A model generated the notes under the pieces. It did no database searches, had not been told where the DNA came from, and worked only from the letters and a program-made list of their open reading frames with translations. Positions 51,340 through 63,436 of a DNA stretch of 64,000 nucleotides are shown piece after piece; position 1 is the first letter of the stretch; every line of letters starts with the position of its first letter. The stretch is from contig RHPI01000777.1 in the NCBI GenBank assembly GCA_009103225.1, positions 151,560 through 215,559 on the forward strand. The letters run 5' to 3'. The position numbers and the translations under genes are program-made. The stretch is from Chlorokybus atmophyticus (taxonomy: Eukaryota; Plantae; Mesostigma and Chlorokybus algae).

Positions 51340-54300
51340 GGAACAGGACGTGAATCCCAATAAGCTCGAAGCAACTCGCGGCAGTTCGTAAGATGCCTGT
51401 CGGGATCTCAACCGTTATATTCTGGGCCATACCCTTTCCATTTCACCAAATAGCGAGTTGCGCGTCCTCGACTATTTAGCTCATGGTTCAATATAGCTTC
51501 CACCTTGTATACGAGCTCGCTGTCCACAACTAGCGGTGGTGGAGGCTGTGTTCTACCGTCTGAGCGGTAAGGTTTTAACAAGTTCACATGGAACACGTTG
51601 TGTATACGCACACTTGGGGGCAATTGCAGTCGATAAGCGTGCGTACCAACTCTATCAGTGATAGAGAAATGACCTAACCATTGGGGCAGCAACTTGCGAG
51701 CACCCGTACCTTTGATGGTTATGTTCTTTGCGTTAAGCAAAACTTTATCGCCGACATCGAAAGTGGCCATTTTTTAATGTGTATCAGCATAAGCTTTTTG
51801 CCTGTCCTGTGCTTCTGACAGACAAAGCTTGGCTCGAGCCAAGTTTTCTTGCATATCAGTGGCAAATTCCCTTGCCGCTCGTACAGTCAGGGCATTGCGA
51901 GGTACACGCAATGACGCTGGTGTGTTCGGGCGAATCCCATAATTCAAGGAAAATGGGGTTTCATTTGCACTTTCCTGCCACGCGTTGTTCACAACGAACT
52001 CTGCCATTGGCAAGTACCTGTCCTGGCAAAACACTTCTTCCAGTATTTAATTTGCTCGCTCAGTTTGTCCGTCCGTTTGCGGGTGGAGAGCAGTCGACAT
52101 TCTTTATTTTAACCCCAACAATTCACAGACTTCTCCCCAAAACTTGAAGACAAACCGAGGATCGCGATCTGTGACAAGCTCATGCGGTACACTGTGAACT
52201 CGAAAGACCGTGGACACAATTAATGTGCTAAGTCCCGTGCACTCACAATTGTGCAACACGGGGCAAAATGCACCATTTTTGTTAAACGGTCGACAAAAAC
52301 CACAATAGCAGTGTATTTGGCTGCTGTTTCAGGTAGGTCAGTAATTAAATCCATACTGACACTATCCCACTTTTATTCTGGGATTGCCAATGGTTTAAGC
52401 AATCCCGCTTGTTTTTGTCGTAGTGGCTTATTACGTTTACACACGTCACATGTGCGAACATATTAATCCATATCAGCTGACATTGACGGCCATCAGTATA
52501 ACTGTTGCGCAGCTTTGAGTGTTTTGTGTTTTCCCAAATGCCCAGCATACGGCGGGTCATGCACTGATTGTAAGCATTGCTTACGCAAGTCGCCCGAGTT
52601 GGGAATTGCCAACTGCTCCCCTTTATACCACAGATTGCCAACAGCAGTATGTTGTTGCAAGTTGGTTTGTCTGCTAAACCAATCATATGAGTTATGCCAA
52701 CTGCTCCCCTTTATACCACAGATTGCTAGCAGATTGCTAGCAGCAGTAACCTGTTGCAAGTTGTTTTGTCTGCTAAACCAATCATCTGAGTTATAACCTG
52801 TGGACACTTCCTTAAGGAAAGGATCTTCAGGCTGTTGGACATTGCGCGTACTTCGAGAGCGCGTAAGTGCCAAAAGAGCAGGGCTACGACTTAGTGGATC
52901 CGCCACATTAGTGCGACCCGGACGGTATTGCCAAGTGAAAGTGAAACGAGAAATGAATTCATTCCACCTAGCTTGCCACCTCGACAGGTTCTGTTGCGTA
53001 TGTAAGAATGTGAGCCGGTTGTGATCAGTAATCGCTGAAGTCTCCACACCTTCCAAGTAGCAACGCCATGTGCGCAGCGCGTGCACCACCCCGAGCAATT
53101 TCTCTGCTCAGTGGTTGTGTAATTACGTTTAGCAGGAATGAACTTTCTGCTTTCATATGCACATGGTCTCTCAAACTGTAGAAGGACTGCCCCACACCCA
53201 ATGGTGGAAGCATTACTGATCACCAAAAAAGGCTTGGTGTGGTCGGGGAAGGCTAACACAGGGGCTTGTGTTAATGCATCTTTAACGCATGTAAAAGCAA
53301 CCTCGTGTGCCTCCGTCCACACAAATTTAACATCCTTTTCAGTAAAGATGTTAAAGGATTTGCCATGCTAGAATATGCTCGCATGAACTTGCGGGAATAA
53401 TTGGCTAGCCCCAAGAAAGCACGTAATTGATGTACATCCTTGGGTGGTGGCCAATCCCTCACCGCACGCACCTTTTTGGGATTTGGTTTCAATCCTTCTT
53501 TGCCAATCACATGCCCTAAAAAGGGTAGTTCATCCTTTGCAAAGTTGCATTTGGACAGGTTGGCATAGAATTTGTGTTCGCGTAACTTAGCTAGAACCAA
53601 TTCCACATGCTTGTGGTGTTCCTCCCGGGTTTTGCTGAACACAAGAATGTCGTCAAGATATACCAGTACAAACTTGTACAATCCATTAGCAAATACCGCG
53701 TTCATTGCTGCCTAAAATGTAGATGGTGCATTGTTAACTCAAATGGTAACACTTTATACTCAAAGTGTTCTATTGGGATGCGAAATGCAGTTTTTTGCAT
53801 ATATGATGGGTGGAATTTAATTTGATGATAACCATTGGTCAAATCCAGTGTGCTGAACACTGTTGCACCTGACAGCTTATCAAACAAAACAAATCATCAT
53901 TCCAAGGCAAGGGGTATCTATTTTTCACAGTCACTATGTTCAACGCACGGTAATCAATACACATGCGTAGATTGCCATTCTTTTTGGGCACAAACAATTG
54001 GTGCACAATAAGGGAATATGCTCTTTATTATTAAACCTTTGTCCAACAACTCTTTGAGCTGTTTTTCCATTTTCGCGTGTTCTAAGGGACTTAGCCTATG
54101 GATAGGCCGCCAAAGTGGCTTTGCCCCCTCTTCCAACGGAATGGTATGATGTATGTTTCTATCAGGAGGCAACTTCGGGAGTTCATTCTGAAATACATCT
54201 GCGTATTGTTCCGTAAATGATTGCACCACAGGGTCAGCTACGCCCTGTTCAACAAGTGTCTCTACCTGTTGTAAGTGCATCAATTATACTTCCTCACGTT

Positions 54301-55078
54301 TACGCATGCAACTTTTTAGTTGCATAGCAGAGAGGAGCGGAACATTGTCGCGAGCAACACGTGCGAGTACAGGTACGGTTAACGTCACCTTACGTTTACC
54401 CTTACGAAGGGTGCACGTATTTAGTCGAGAGTCCAATTGCAAACCTGCTTCGGTGTGCCACTGTTCACCCAAAACAACATCCACCCCGGGGATACCTATA
54501 TCCACCACGATGAAAGCTGGTCGAGTCTTATGGCTGTTAATAACAAAACGCCCCTTCACCTCCCCAATTGCATTGAGGGTGGAACCAGCAGCACGTACAT
54601 ACGACGTGACTGGTGTGAAAGGTATGTTATTACGTTTCACCCAAGCATGTTCAACAAAGTTATGGTTTGCACCAGTATCAAGTAATGCTATACATGGTGT
54701 GCCCATCAGTTGACTTTTATATCTCCACTTGAGTGGCATTGAGTGACTATCAAATGTAGCTAATGTCGGAGTGCTGTGATTGGTAGCACGCTTGATAAAG
54801 ATCACTTGTAACGGTGAAGTTCCTGTATCTTTGCGTGAGAGTTGCAGCGTTACTTCTCCCCCTTTCAACAATCGCGACCACGGGCCATGATATCGAGGGA
54901 TAAATACACATGCAGTGACAGCATGTTGTAATTGCAACTCGTGTAAGTGCTTAACAGCAGTTACCAATTCAAAGAATGGAACAGTGATTAAAACACAACC
55001 TTTTGCATTTGTCAACACAGGTGGTGTGCTCATATCAGTCCATACATCTATCACATTACAAAGAGGAAACTTTATCAA
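51340..55078 (-). pseudogene. Gypsy pol (protease, RT, RNase H, integrase, chromodomain), multiple frameshifts/stops
   Basis: Motifs: ALLDTGANHNFV (protease), [30 protein letters not shown] (RT), AYESRKF...NYTTTE and ITDH (RH), HDPPYAGHLG...C..C and WDSVSMDLITDLP (INT), KLLPQWLGHF, and YKVEAILNHE...YLVKWKGYGPEYN (chromodomain). There is an ~88-bp internal tandem duplication at ~52610-52795. Confidence 0.95.
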
Positions 55079-55136
55079 GAAGTACAGAGTTTTTTAAGTC
55101 GGTGTGCTCGACTAAGCTACCAACCATGGACAATTC

Positions 55137-56240
55137 CTATTTCTTGTCCTTCTGCTGCTTGGCCTTCTGTGCATTCTGCTTTGCATAGCAGTTGGCCTCC
55201 CCATGACCTGTCTTCTTGCAGAAGTTGCAAGTGATGGTGGATTTCGCCGCATTGTAGGGGCCAGCAGGCTGAGATGTTTTCGCCTTTTTTCACAAAAGGT
55301 TTGTTGTCAGTGGCCGGGCGCTTTGCAGCTGAAGCTTGGGCTGCCTCTTTTGCTGTGGTTTGCATGTTTGCGTGAGAGCGCTTCACACTGTCCACAGCAG
55401 CAACCATCTGCATCAGCATTGGTAAATCCGTCGAGGCCCACTCTTGCAAACTCGCGGGGTTGACGGCCACATGCTGCACGAGATCTGTGTCGAAGCCACG
55501 CCTGAACATATCCAGCTAATCAGCATCACTGATGGGTGGTTTGCCAGCATTGGTCTTGCTGACAAAAGACTGGAAGTCCTGGATACTGCTGAACCGGACG
55601 CCCATTCTGACGCAGATTGTGCAGCTGGTTGCGAGCAACCTGGGCAGGATCTGCGCCACCATAGCGCTGTTCCATTAAAGAGCACAACTGATTTATTTCC
55701 CGTCCAAGGTTCGTATCACGCTGCTTACGGCGGTACCACTCGCCAGAGCATCGTTTGGGATCAGCAACTCAGCTACACGTAACTTCCCCTCGTCAGAAAT
55801 GTGAAGGGAGTTGACATAGTGTCTTAGCTTTACGAGCCAGTCAAAAAGGGCCGCTTGCTTGTTGGGAACAAACTCGGCAGGATGAGCAAGCGCCTGAACA
55901 GGTGGACCACTGTAAGAGCATTAAAGGAGCTCGATCATGTTCAGAACACGTTTGCCTTTACCCATCGATCCCTCCCAATCTTGCCCCATAAAGGTGGTGA
56001 GCTTTGAGATCTTTTCCGCCACATGAAAGAGGAAGTTGACGAGCGCGACAATTGCCTCACGAGGCACCTTATCATAGGTTCCAAGAAAGTGGTCCATCAA
56101 CTCCTGTTTTGTCAAGCTAATTGAGATTTGGCTGCACGAATGATGGTGGTGATGGTGGCCCCTCTGGTTCCACTTAGGAATCCACATCCTTAGCAGCATG
56201 AGACTCAATAGGTGCATCATCCGGGTTGGAAATATCCTCC
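55137..56240 (-). pseudogene. Gypsy gag with CCHC zinc knuckle
   Basis: FDWLVKLRHYV-type capsid segment near 55840, and TCNFCKKTGHGEANCYAK (CX2CX4HX4C) near 55230-55180, ending KDKK*. Confidence 0.8.
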
Positions 56241-57205
56241 ATGGATGGAAACTCCTCCTCACGGGATAATTGCTCTTTTTGTGAGCTTTCCCCCTTTGAG
56301 GTGGGCATCGAGTTCTCTTCCATTTGTCTGCAAAACTGTCAAAATGGAATGGTGAGAACCTCACCAATGGACCAGGTGCAACGAGAGGATAAAAATGACC
56401 CCAAGTTGTAAAAGTCCAAGACAGAGTCCAAACCAGCCCCAAAACAGGAAGGATGAATCTGCAGTGTCACCAAACAGAACAAGTCTGAATGGGACCAGAA
56501 TGTCCTAACCCTGTGTTGTCCTCAACCAAGTCCCAATCTCCAGGCCGAAGCCAGAGGGGGAGGGTTTTAGACTAACAGAGTTTGGGAACAGAATGTCCTA
56601 AAACTTCCCCAAAACTGTCCTAACCAAGTCCCGATCTCCAGGCGGAAGCCAGAGGTGGAGGGTTTGAAAACAGCTTGGTTCGGAACTTGCGGACCCGGGT
56701 CAAGCGACCCGGAGGAGCTGGCAGGTCACATGTATGTCACAGGCATGCAACAGGGAAGCCACAAACATGCAACAAGCAAGCCGTACAGTGACCAACTGTG
56801 ACATGCACTGGCAAGCACAATGACAAGCAATCACCGCATGCAATGACAGGCAATCACTGCAAGCAATGATAGTGCACTAAGTGTGACAAGCAGTGATGGC
56901 AAACTAGCAAGCCGCACTCATGCATTGGCGAGTTACCGAATGATGTGCATGAAAGTACACACGTGCACCTGGCAAGCACCTGGCAAGTAGCTGGAAAGCA
57001 GGCAAGCAGGCAAGTCACCAACGCATGTGATGGTACCTCACACGTGGAGAGGCCGCCTCTTTGATGGGTGGCTTCAACGTTGAGGTAGCGCAGGGAAGCT
57101 AACTTGAAGCTTGGGCTGCGTGGACGAATGGGAGGCCGCCGCCACCGCCTTCTGATTCGCCGCGAGTAGGTCGCCGCCCCCTAAAAGTACCCACGTCACC
57201 CCCCA

Positions 57206-57217
57206 GCTCCGATACCA
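57206..57217 (-). other. Primer-binding site (initiator Met tRNA)
   Basis: The minus strand reads TGGTATCGGAGC, one base from the 5' LTR end; the canonical tRNAiMet PBS is TGGTATCAGAGC. Confidence 0.85.
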
Positions 57218-57218
57218 A

Positions 57219-57746
57219 TGTAACAGCACCACCGTCGCCGGTGATGCCCCTTCAATCCTCTACCCCAACACCCACACCACCTATGACAAGCCTTTCAGCG
57301 GCGTGGCCGCCACTGAGCAGAGAACTGAAAGTGAGGTCAAATCAGTTTGCTGTCACCTTTTATATCAAGAGTAAATCAAATATATACCTCTTGATAATTA
57401 ACTCACAACTAGACATCGACCCTACAGATAGGGTAGTTAGAAAATCTAGCGTGAGCCAATCACAGCTCAGATAAGGTACCTATCAATAAGGTACCTATCA
57501 AAAGATACTTATCGTAAGGTACCAAACAAGATAGTGATCACATTTTATCAAATGTGACATTAAATAGGCTTGAATAAGCGGTTCTACACCCATTGGGACT
57601 TATTTAAGCTATGATAAAGCATCATAGCCTTGAATCAGCGAGGAACCGTAGAAAAGAGGTATAAATAAGCATATTTAGATACTTATCCGTACAGAATGTG
57701 TTATTTAGGTAGCAATAATACCCCTATTATTATTGCTCCCGTTACA
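57219..57746 (-). repeat. 5' LTR (528 bp)
   Basis: Begins tgtaacagcacc and ends cgttaca, followed by the TSD cttaa. Confidence 0.95.
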
Positions 57747-58723
57747 CTTAAGGTGTTTGAGACCGCTATGTTGCAGACGCATGAGGGTCCCTCGGACTCA
57801 CTACGCGTGCTGTTGGCGGTGCTACCGGGCGAACATCATCATGCGCTATGAATCTAAGGGGTCCTTATAGCGCCTTCTACACCGCGTACGGTGAACCCGT
57901 TGTAGAAGGCGCGGCACCAACCACATCACGTGAAAGTCATGCTCCACCGTTCCATTAGAGACTTCAATGTTTAATCCGAGTCGGTATGTGCCAAATCTCG
58001 CCCCGACATGCCCTTATTAACGGTAGAGGAGATGGACAAGTACTGAGCGGCTTTGCCTAAGTTTGCGGTAAAACGGTTGACCTTTACAAGAAGGACTAGA
58101 GATTTCACGCATGTTAATTATGCCATGACCAACATGTGTGAGGACTCAGTGACGTGATAACGTCGCAAATTTTACACGGTGACTGACTAAGGACTGAGGG
58201 ACTGACTGGTGCCTGAGCCTGCCTGAGCCTGCCTGTTGCTGCCTGAAATATTACTTTTGGACTGTTGGGTTTGCCGTTGGCTTAAGTGGACTGACGCAGA
58301 CGGCCGCGGGCCGAAAGTGATTGTTAGTGGCACTAACCGGCCGAGAGTTGTCAACCAGTTACCCTTTGGTCGATGTGCACAGACAGCCGTTGACCGGTAG
58401 TTACGGACAGCTGACAGCAATAGCCGGCAGTCTCTTTGCCGTTACACTGCTGTTAATATGTGACCCTTGCCATTTGACAAAAGTTGGCAATTCTTGCCGT
58501 AAGCTAACACTAACATGCCATTCAGCTTGTACAAACCTTGGACTGATTGTTTGGTCTTGCATCTAAAAGCCCACAATATATACAATGTACGGGCAGTGGT
58601 GAGAGTATGTCCACTTACAACTGAGCAGCCGACTTGCGCATGAAACTATCCCATAACATTTAGTCTAGCTGTCGGACTCATGCGCAGCTTATCAACCCGT
58701 GGTGCCTGCCTCAGAACTCCTCC

Positions 58724-59763
58724 TCAAACCCCCTCCTCATGTTCCTCCTCCGACGAGTCTTCTGCTTCAACGCCGGAGTCATCTTCATCCGCTGCCTTGC
58801 TCGCTGACAGTACAGCGGCTACTTCGTCCTTCAGCTTGAATGTCAGCGCCTCGCCGTGCACGCGCATGCGCTTGATGGTCGCTTTGAGAGTGACCACCTG
58901 CATTTGGTAATGCTGTAAGAGTGGCGTGCTGCCAGAGGACTAGCCCATCAGCATACACACGCTTACCTCGTCTTCCGCTTTGTTGCACTCCGCCAGGCAG
59001 ACAGTCAGCCTGCCGCGCTGCTCTTGGTTCACTCTGACCAACATGGCAATCTGCAAGCATACTGCTTAATTACCGCTGGAAACATTAAACTAGGTCATAG
59101 ATTACCCGTTCGTTTGACTCCGCAGCTTCTCTTTTGCGACTTGTGAGCTCCCGCAAGTAGAAATAGGCTGTGCATTTGCGAGATTGGTCATGCTGTTCAT
59201 GTGCATGACACTGGAGGTTGTGCATGAGGGTGTGCATGTCGTATTGACAATGTATGTCAAGTGCAAGATACTTGAGGCTGTGCATGTGCAAGATAAAAGA
59301 ACCCTAGCATGTGGCATTGACAGTGCATCGTAACCCACCTTGGTTATGCCAGTCTTGTTTGGTCCCTTCAATCATGTCGCCGTGGTCGCAGCTGCTGGTG
59401 GGTCGGATTTTCTTAGAGGCAGTATTGTGGTGTGCCTTTGCCCACTCGGAGGGGGAGCCCTGTAAGATATCGCCCGAGTCACTGTTGTCATTGGATGTGC
59501 CCTTGGTAGTCTTGGTGGGGTTTGACACCGAGGACACCCCTCCGGCACCCTGCCCGCCCTGTGCGAACATGGAATTCATCCCGGACCTCGACCACAATGC
59601 CCACTACGCCCCTGGCAGCGCCGCCAACGATCTTCCAAACGCCACATACCCTCGGCATCACGCCCCTGTAAGGGCATAGCTTGGCGGAGCTATCAATGGT
59701 GTTTTCATGCGCAGGGGGACTGACATTGCCAGAGTTGTCAATGGTACGAACTGCCATTGCCAT
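58724..59763 (-). CDS. Hypothetical ~220-aa protein: disordered N-terminus, coiled-coil, acidic tail (five exons)
   Basis: Exon 59763-59650 plus four more with AG/GT sites join in phase: ...DWHNQ|AYFYLRELTSRKREAAESNER|IAMLVRVNQEQRGRLTVCLAECNKAEDE|HYQMQVVTLKATIKRMRVHGEALTFKLKDEVAAVL...DEDDSGVEAEDSSEEEHEEGV*. The start codon is tentative. Confidence 0.65.
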
Positions 59764-59938
59764 TGTACAAAGGTACCATTTCAATGGTACCTTTGTATAA
59801 TGCCTATACCTTGGGGCAAAGGCATCTTCGTACCATTGAAACGGTTCAATCAGAATATATATGTATATATATATATATCCAGACTCACCCTGGACGTTCA
59901 ATGGCTCGATCGTACCATTATAATGGTACGACGGAGCC
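59738..59938. repeat. Cluster of nested palindromes built on CGTACCATT/AATGGTACG between divergent genes
   Basis: A 13-bp inverted pair tcaatggtacgaa (59738-59750) / ttcgtaccattga (59827-59839) encloses a 15-bp perfect stem tacaaaggtaccatt-tc-aatggtacctttgta (59766-59797). A 22-bp perfect palindrome tcgtaccattataatggtacga lies at 59910-59931. Confidence 0.9.
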
Positions 59939-60094
59939 AGTGACTGGCGGCCAAGTTTCCCGCCTCTGGCATGCAGCGGTAGCGGTAGCGGTGGCGGTGG
60001 CGGTGGCGGCGGCGGCGGCGGCGGCGGGTGTGCGTGTTGCTGGATATGATGCAGGTTACATTGGCGACACCTGTGTCGACGTTAGTAGTGAGAT

Positions 60095-63000
60095 ATGGGA
60101 GTCCTTTGTCCGTATTGCCACATGCGCTTCGCCACACGCAGCTCGGTCTACATGCACATTATTAGCAGCAGGGTGTGCAAGCAGATCAAGCTGTATGTCG
60201 GCCAGCGTCCATTACAGTACGATGCGGGTCATGTTGAACCGGGGAGTTCGATCCAGGATGCTCACATGCTTGATGCTGAAGGATTCCTCCAGGAGACACA
60301 CGCACAGCAGCAACAGGAGGAGGAGGAAGTGAACGAGGGCTTTCGATGTGTGCGTGTGCCTGAGAAACCTGTGGCACGCCAACATGGAAGTGGAGGCGTC
60401 CCTTCGCACGCGTCGGAATCCAGGTGGTATGGCTCGGAGCATGCTCTTGCAGTGGCATTCGTGCAGTGCAACAACGGCCAAGGCCTGTCGGCCTCCGACA
60501 TGGGGCGGATCATCAAGTGCATCCGAAATGCACACTTCCTGACGGAAGAGCTCCAGTGGGAGACCGGTGTGCATGCGGCCAGCTACCTCCGGACCACGAT
60601 TGCTTTCTCTCAGTCTGAGGTGTGTTCACGGTGTGCGGTGCATGTGCTTCAACCATCAGAGCCATGTCACATATGCACATGCGAGTGTGCTGCCGTATCA
60701 GAACTACGTGACGGCTGACCTGCGCAAGCCTGGAGACCCTGAGGATCAGGACATCTGCGTCACATATATGCCGGCCAAGGTCTGTGAAATGCAGTACCTA
60801 ATGCAGTATCGATGCAGTATCTATTCTGAGGCCAGCATAGTAAGTAATGCTCTTGGTCGGAGCAGGTATGGCTCGCGCGGTTGTATGGCAATCCACATGC
60901 CGCCAATGGCTTCAATCTCCAGTACACTAGTGACGAGCACAGCTTTGGCCATCCTTCCACGGGCGATTGGTGGAAGGATGTGGAGGTGGATTTGAGGAGA
61001 GAGGTGGGGGAAGCGTCCTACTTGGCGCCTGCCATTCTGTACAGTGACAAGACCACGCTGGACAGCGCGGGCAAGCGCTCTGGCTACCCTCTGATGGCAT
61101 CGCTTGCCAACTACAGTTGGGACATGTATGCTAGCAACATGGGGGTTGTTATGATAGCGCTTCTGCCGGTGGTTCACTCAGTGGCCAGGCATCCCACCTG
61201 GGCGCAGGGCAAGGAATTGTTCTCCATTCGGAAACGTGAGATTTTTCATGACGCTTTGAATGTAGTGTTTGGGGATGTGAAGCGGGCGAGTTGGGAAGGT
61301 CTGCAGCTCATCGACCCGAATGGCATCGAGCGTCGTGTTTCCCGCGCTTGCCAACTACATCAGCGATTTGCAGGTAGTGGGCATGAATGGTTGTAACCGG
61401 ATGCAGCCTGCCAGCAAACAGTGCATGGAGGATGTTGTCAGTAGAACATCTGAGTTTGTCGTGTTGTAGGAGACTGCCACACTCGCACGCACTGTGTCGG
61501 GCAACCAAACACGACATCCTTGCGATGTTTGTCTCGTCACCAAATCAGATCTGTTGGAGATGGATGAGGACCGGGAATTGAGAACCGAGGCCTTCTACAC
61601 ACCAGCAATACGTCAGCTGCGGGCGGACCTGCATAGCGGTGTTAGGAATGCACGCCAGACAGCCAAGGCTTTCAAAGAGCAGCACTCCATGCATGTCGAG
61701 GAGGTAATGGTCAAATTACCGGCATTCGTGAGGATGAATGGCTTTCCGTGAAACCAGGCAATGTGGTTTGGCAACAGAATGCACTGTGGGGTTGGCGACA
61801 GTCGCGGGTGCCGGGAGCTGACTGCTACTCTCGTCTTGCCCCTGACGCAATGCATGTGCTGGGAGGCATCATTGACCACCTGCTTGCTGCTGTGTACGAC
61901 GCCGCGAAGGAACGAATGCGTCCATCCACGAGACAGATTCTGCAGGCCAGGCACGTCTTTGGTGTTGCTTTTGTGTTGAACACAAAAGCCAACAACACGT
62001 GCTCACGAGCAGATGTGCACAGGCTGAATGCATGCAAGGCGACTCTGCGGGTTTCGCACTTCAAGGCACCCACAAGCACAGTAGATTTCTTCCTGTCCGA
62101 CCACTCCTTTCAGGTGGTGGAGAAAGTGGCGGTGCTGCAGCTGCTGCCGGTCCTCGCAGACGGTTTGCTGCTCGACAGTGAGGGCAACGATTTCTTCACC
62201 ATTGCTGCCGCATCGCTTGCCCAGTGGAACAAGAAGTTGCTCAAGGCGCATGAACACACAAGAGAGACCCTGACCACAGCCGACAACGAGCTGGCTGCCT
62301 TCAAAGCTGCAGTGTTGCATCCGCTACTGTCGTCATATTCTGCACAGAAGTCAGGTTGGAAGATCGAGAAGATGCATCAGCTCACTCATTTTGGGCCGGC
62401 CATTGTTAGCAGTGGACACCCAGATTGGTTCAACGCCAACCGCATGGAGCAGACGCACGCCCAAAATATCAAACGGTGGGCGCGTGGTGGCAACAACCGG
62501 GACTACCAGGCACGTATCCTGAAGGCATGGAGCTGTGCGGAATATGTGAGAGAGGATGGCATGGTCGTGGATCCCGAGATGCGCTCGGTCATGGCGCAGG
62601 CGCGGCAGCAGTGCTGTAATGTCATGGAGAAGACGGACAAGTTGCTACGGATGGATGTGCTGACAAGGAGGGAGTCCAGCCCGTACTGGAGCGCATCTGC
62701 GCGTAGCCGCCAAGTCGCCTTGAAGACTCCATTTGCCGACAAGCTGCCTGCCACCCTGGACAGCTGGTTGAGGAGGGAACAACTGGAGTTGGCCGACGGG
62801 TGGCGTGCTGTTCGCGTGCTGAACGGAGGCGCAGCGGTGTACATGACATCTGGAGTCAGCATGGCGCGCGCAACTGGGATGTTCCATGGGCGGCCTTGGT
62901 TCTCTACACTTGAGTTGGAAGGTGATGAGGACGGTGTGAACGTGACGTGGTGGGCTCAGGCACTCCTTTTTCTGCGCGTGGTGGTGTGGGGTGGTAGCGG

Positions 63001-63235
63001 CGAGCGCGTGTGGAAGGAGGTCGTGTTTGTCCGCTGGTACGCGAAGCTGGATGTGACGAGCGACACAAAGTGCATGGCTCTGGAATGGGAAAAGCGTCGA
63101 GGCGGTCCACATCTCGATGTCGTGACTCTGGAGCAAGTAAAAGGCATTGTCCAGCTGCTCCCCATGTTTGATAAGGACAGCGCCCGTGTACAAGAGGGCA
63201 AGTATTGGGTGAACGTTCACTGCACTTCCACGTGA
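60095..63235 (+). mobile_element. Plavaka-type transposase gene (spliced, one apparent frameshift)
   Basis: N-terminal CPYC-x12-H-x6-C finger. Then STGDWW...AILYSDKT (D), GYPLMASLAN, EIFHDAL, FPALANYISDLQ|E (D), PCDVC, APDAMHVL, WKIEKMHQLTHF...MEQTHAQNIK...NNRDY (E), and a C-terminal RATGMFHGRPWF...FVRWY...VKGIVQLLPMF...YWVN region. Introns at 60620-60701, 60780-~60866, ~61375-61470 and ~61704-61778; frameshift near 61338. Confidence 0.85.
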
Positions 63236-63436
63236 CACATGTACTTGTCTCTCTACTCTGAGTTTGGAGCATATCAGTCAGTTAGGCATTGCTTATCGTA
63301 TGCTAAGACTTTTGCATGTGGACGTGTACAATACCGGGCAGCTGTCACTGCACAACTGTCACCACAATCGAATGATCCATGCAACATTTAACAATCAGTC
63401 CGCCGTGTGGGTAAGCAACAATATAGTGCACCACAC

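Larger units (their letters stand above)
50676..57746 (-). mobile_element. Full-length Ty3/Gypsy LTR retrotransposon, chromovirus type, degenerate
   Basis: TG...CA LTRs at 50676-51189 and 57219-57746 with a 5-bp TSD CTTAA (50671-50675 and 57747-57751). PBS TGGTATCGGAGC and PPT are present. Gag has a CCHC knuckle; domain order is PR-RT-RH-INT-chromodomain. Confidence 0.97.

Noticed and set aside
57799-57803. CACTA pentamer as possible left terminus of the Plavaka cassette
   Set aside because: A 5-mer recurs by chance (also near 58331 and 58508), and the matching right end is outside the window.
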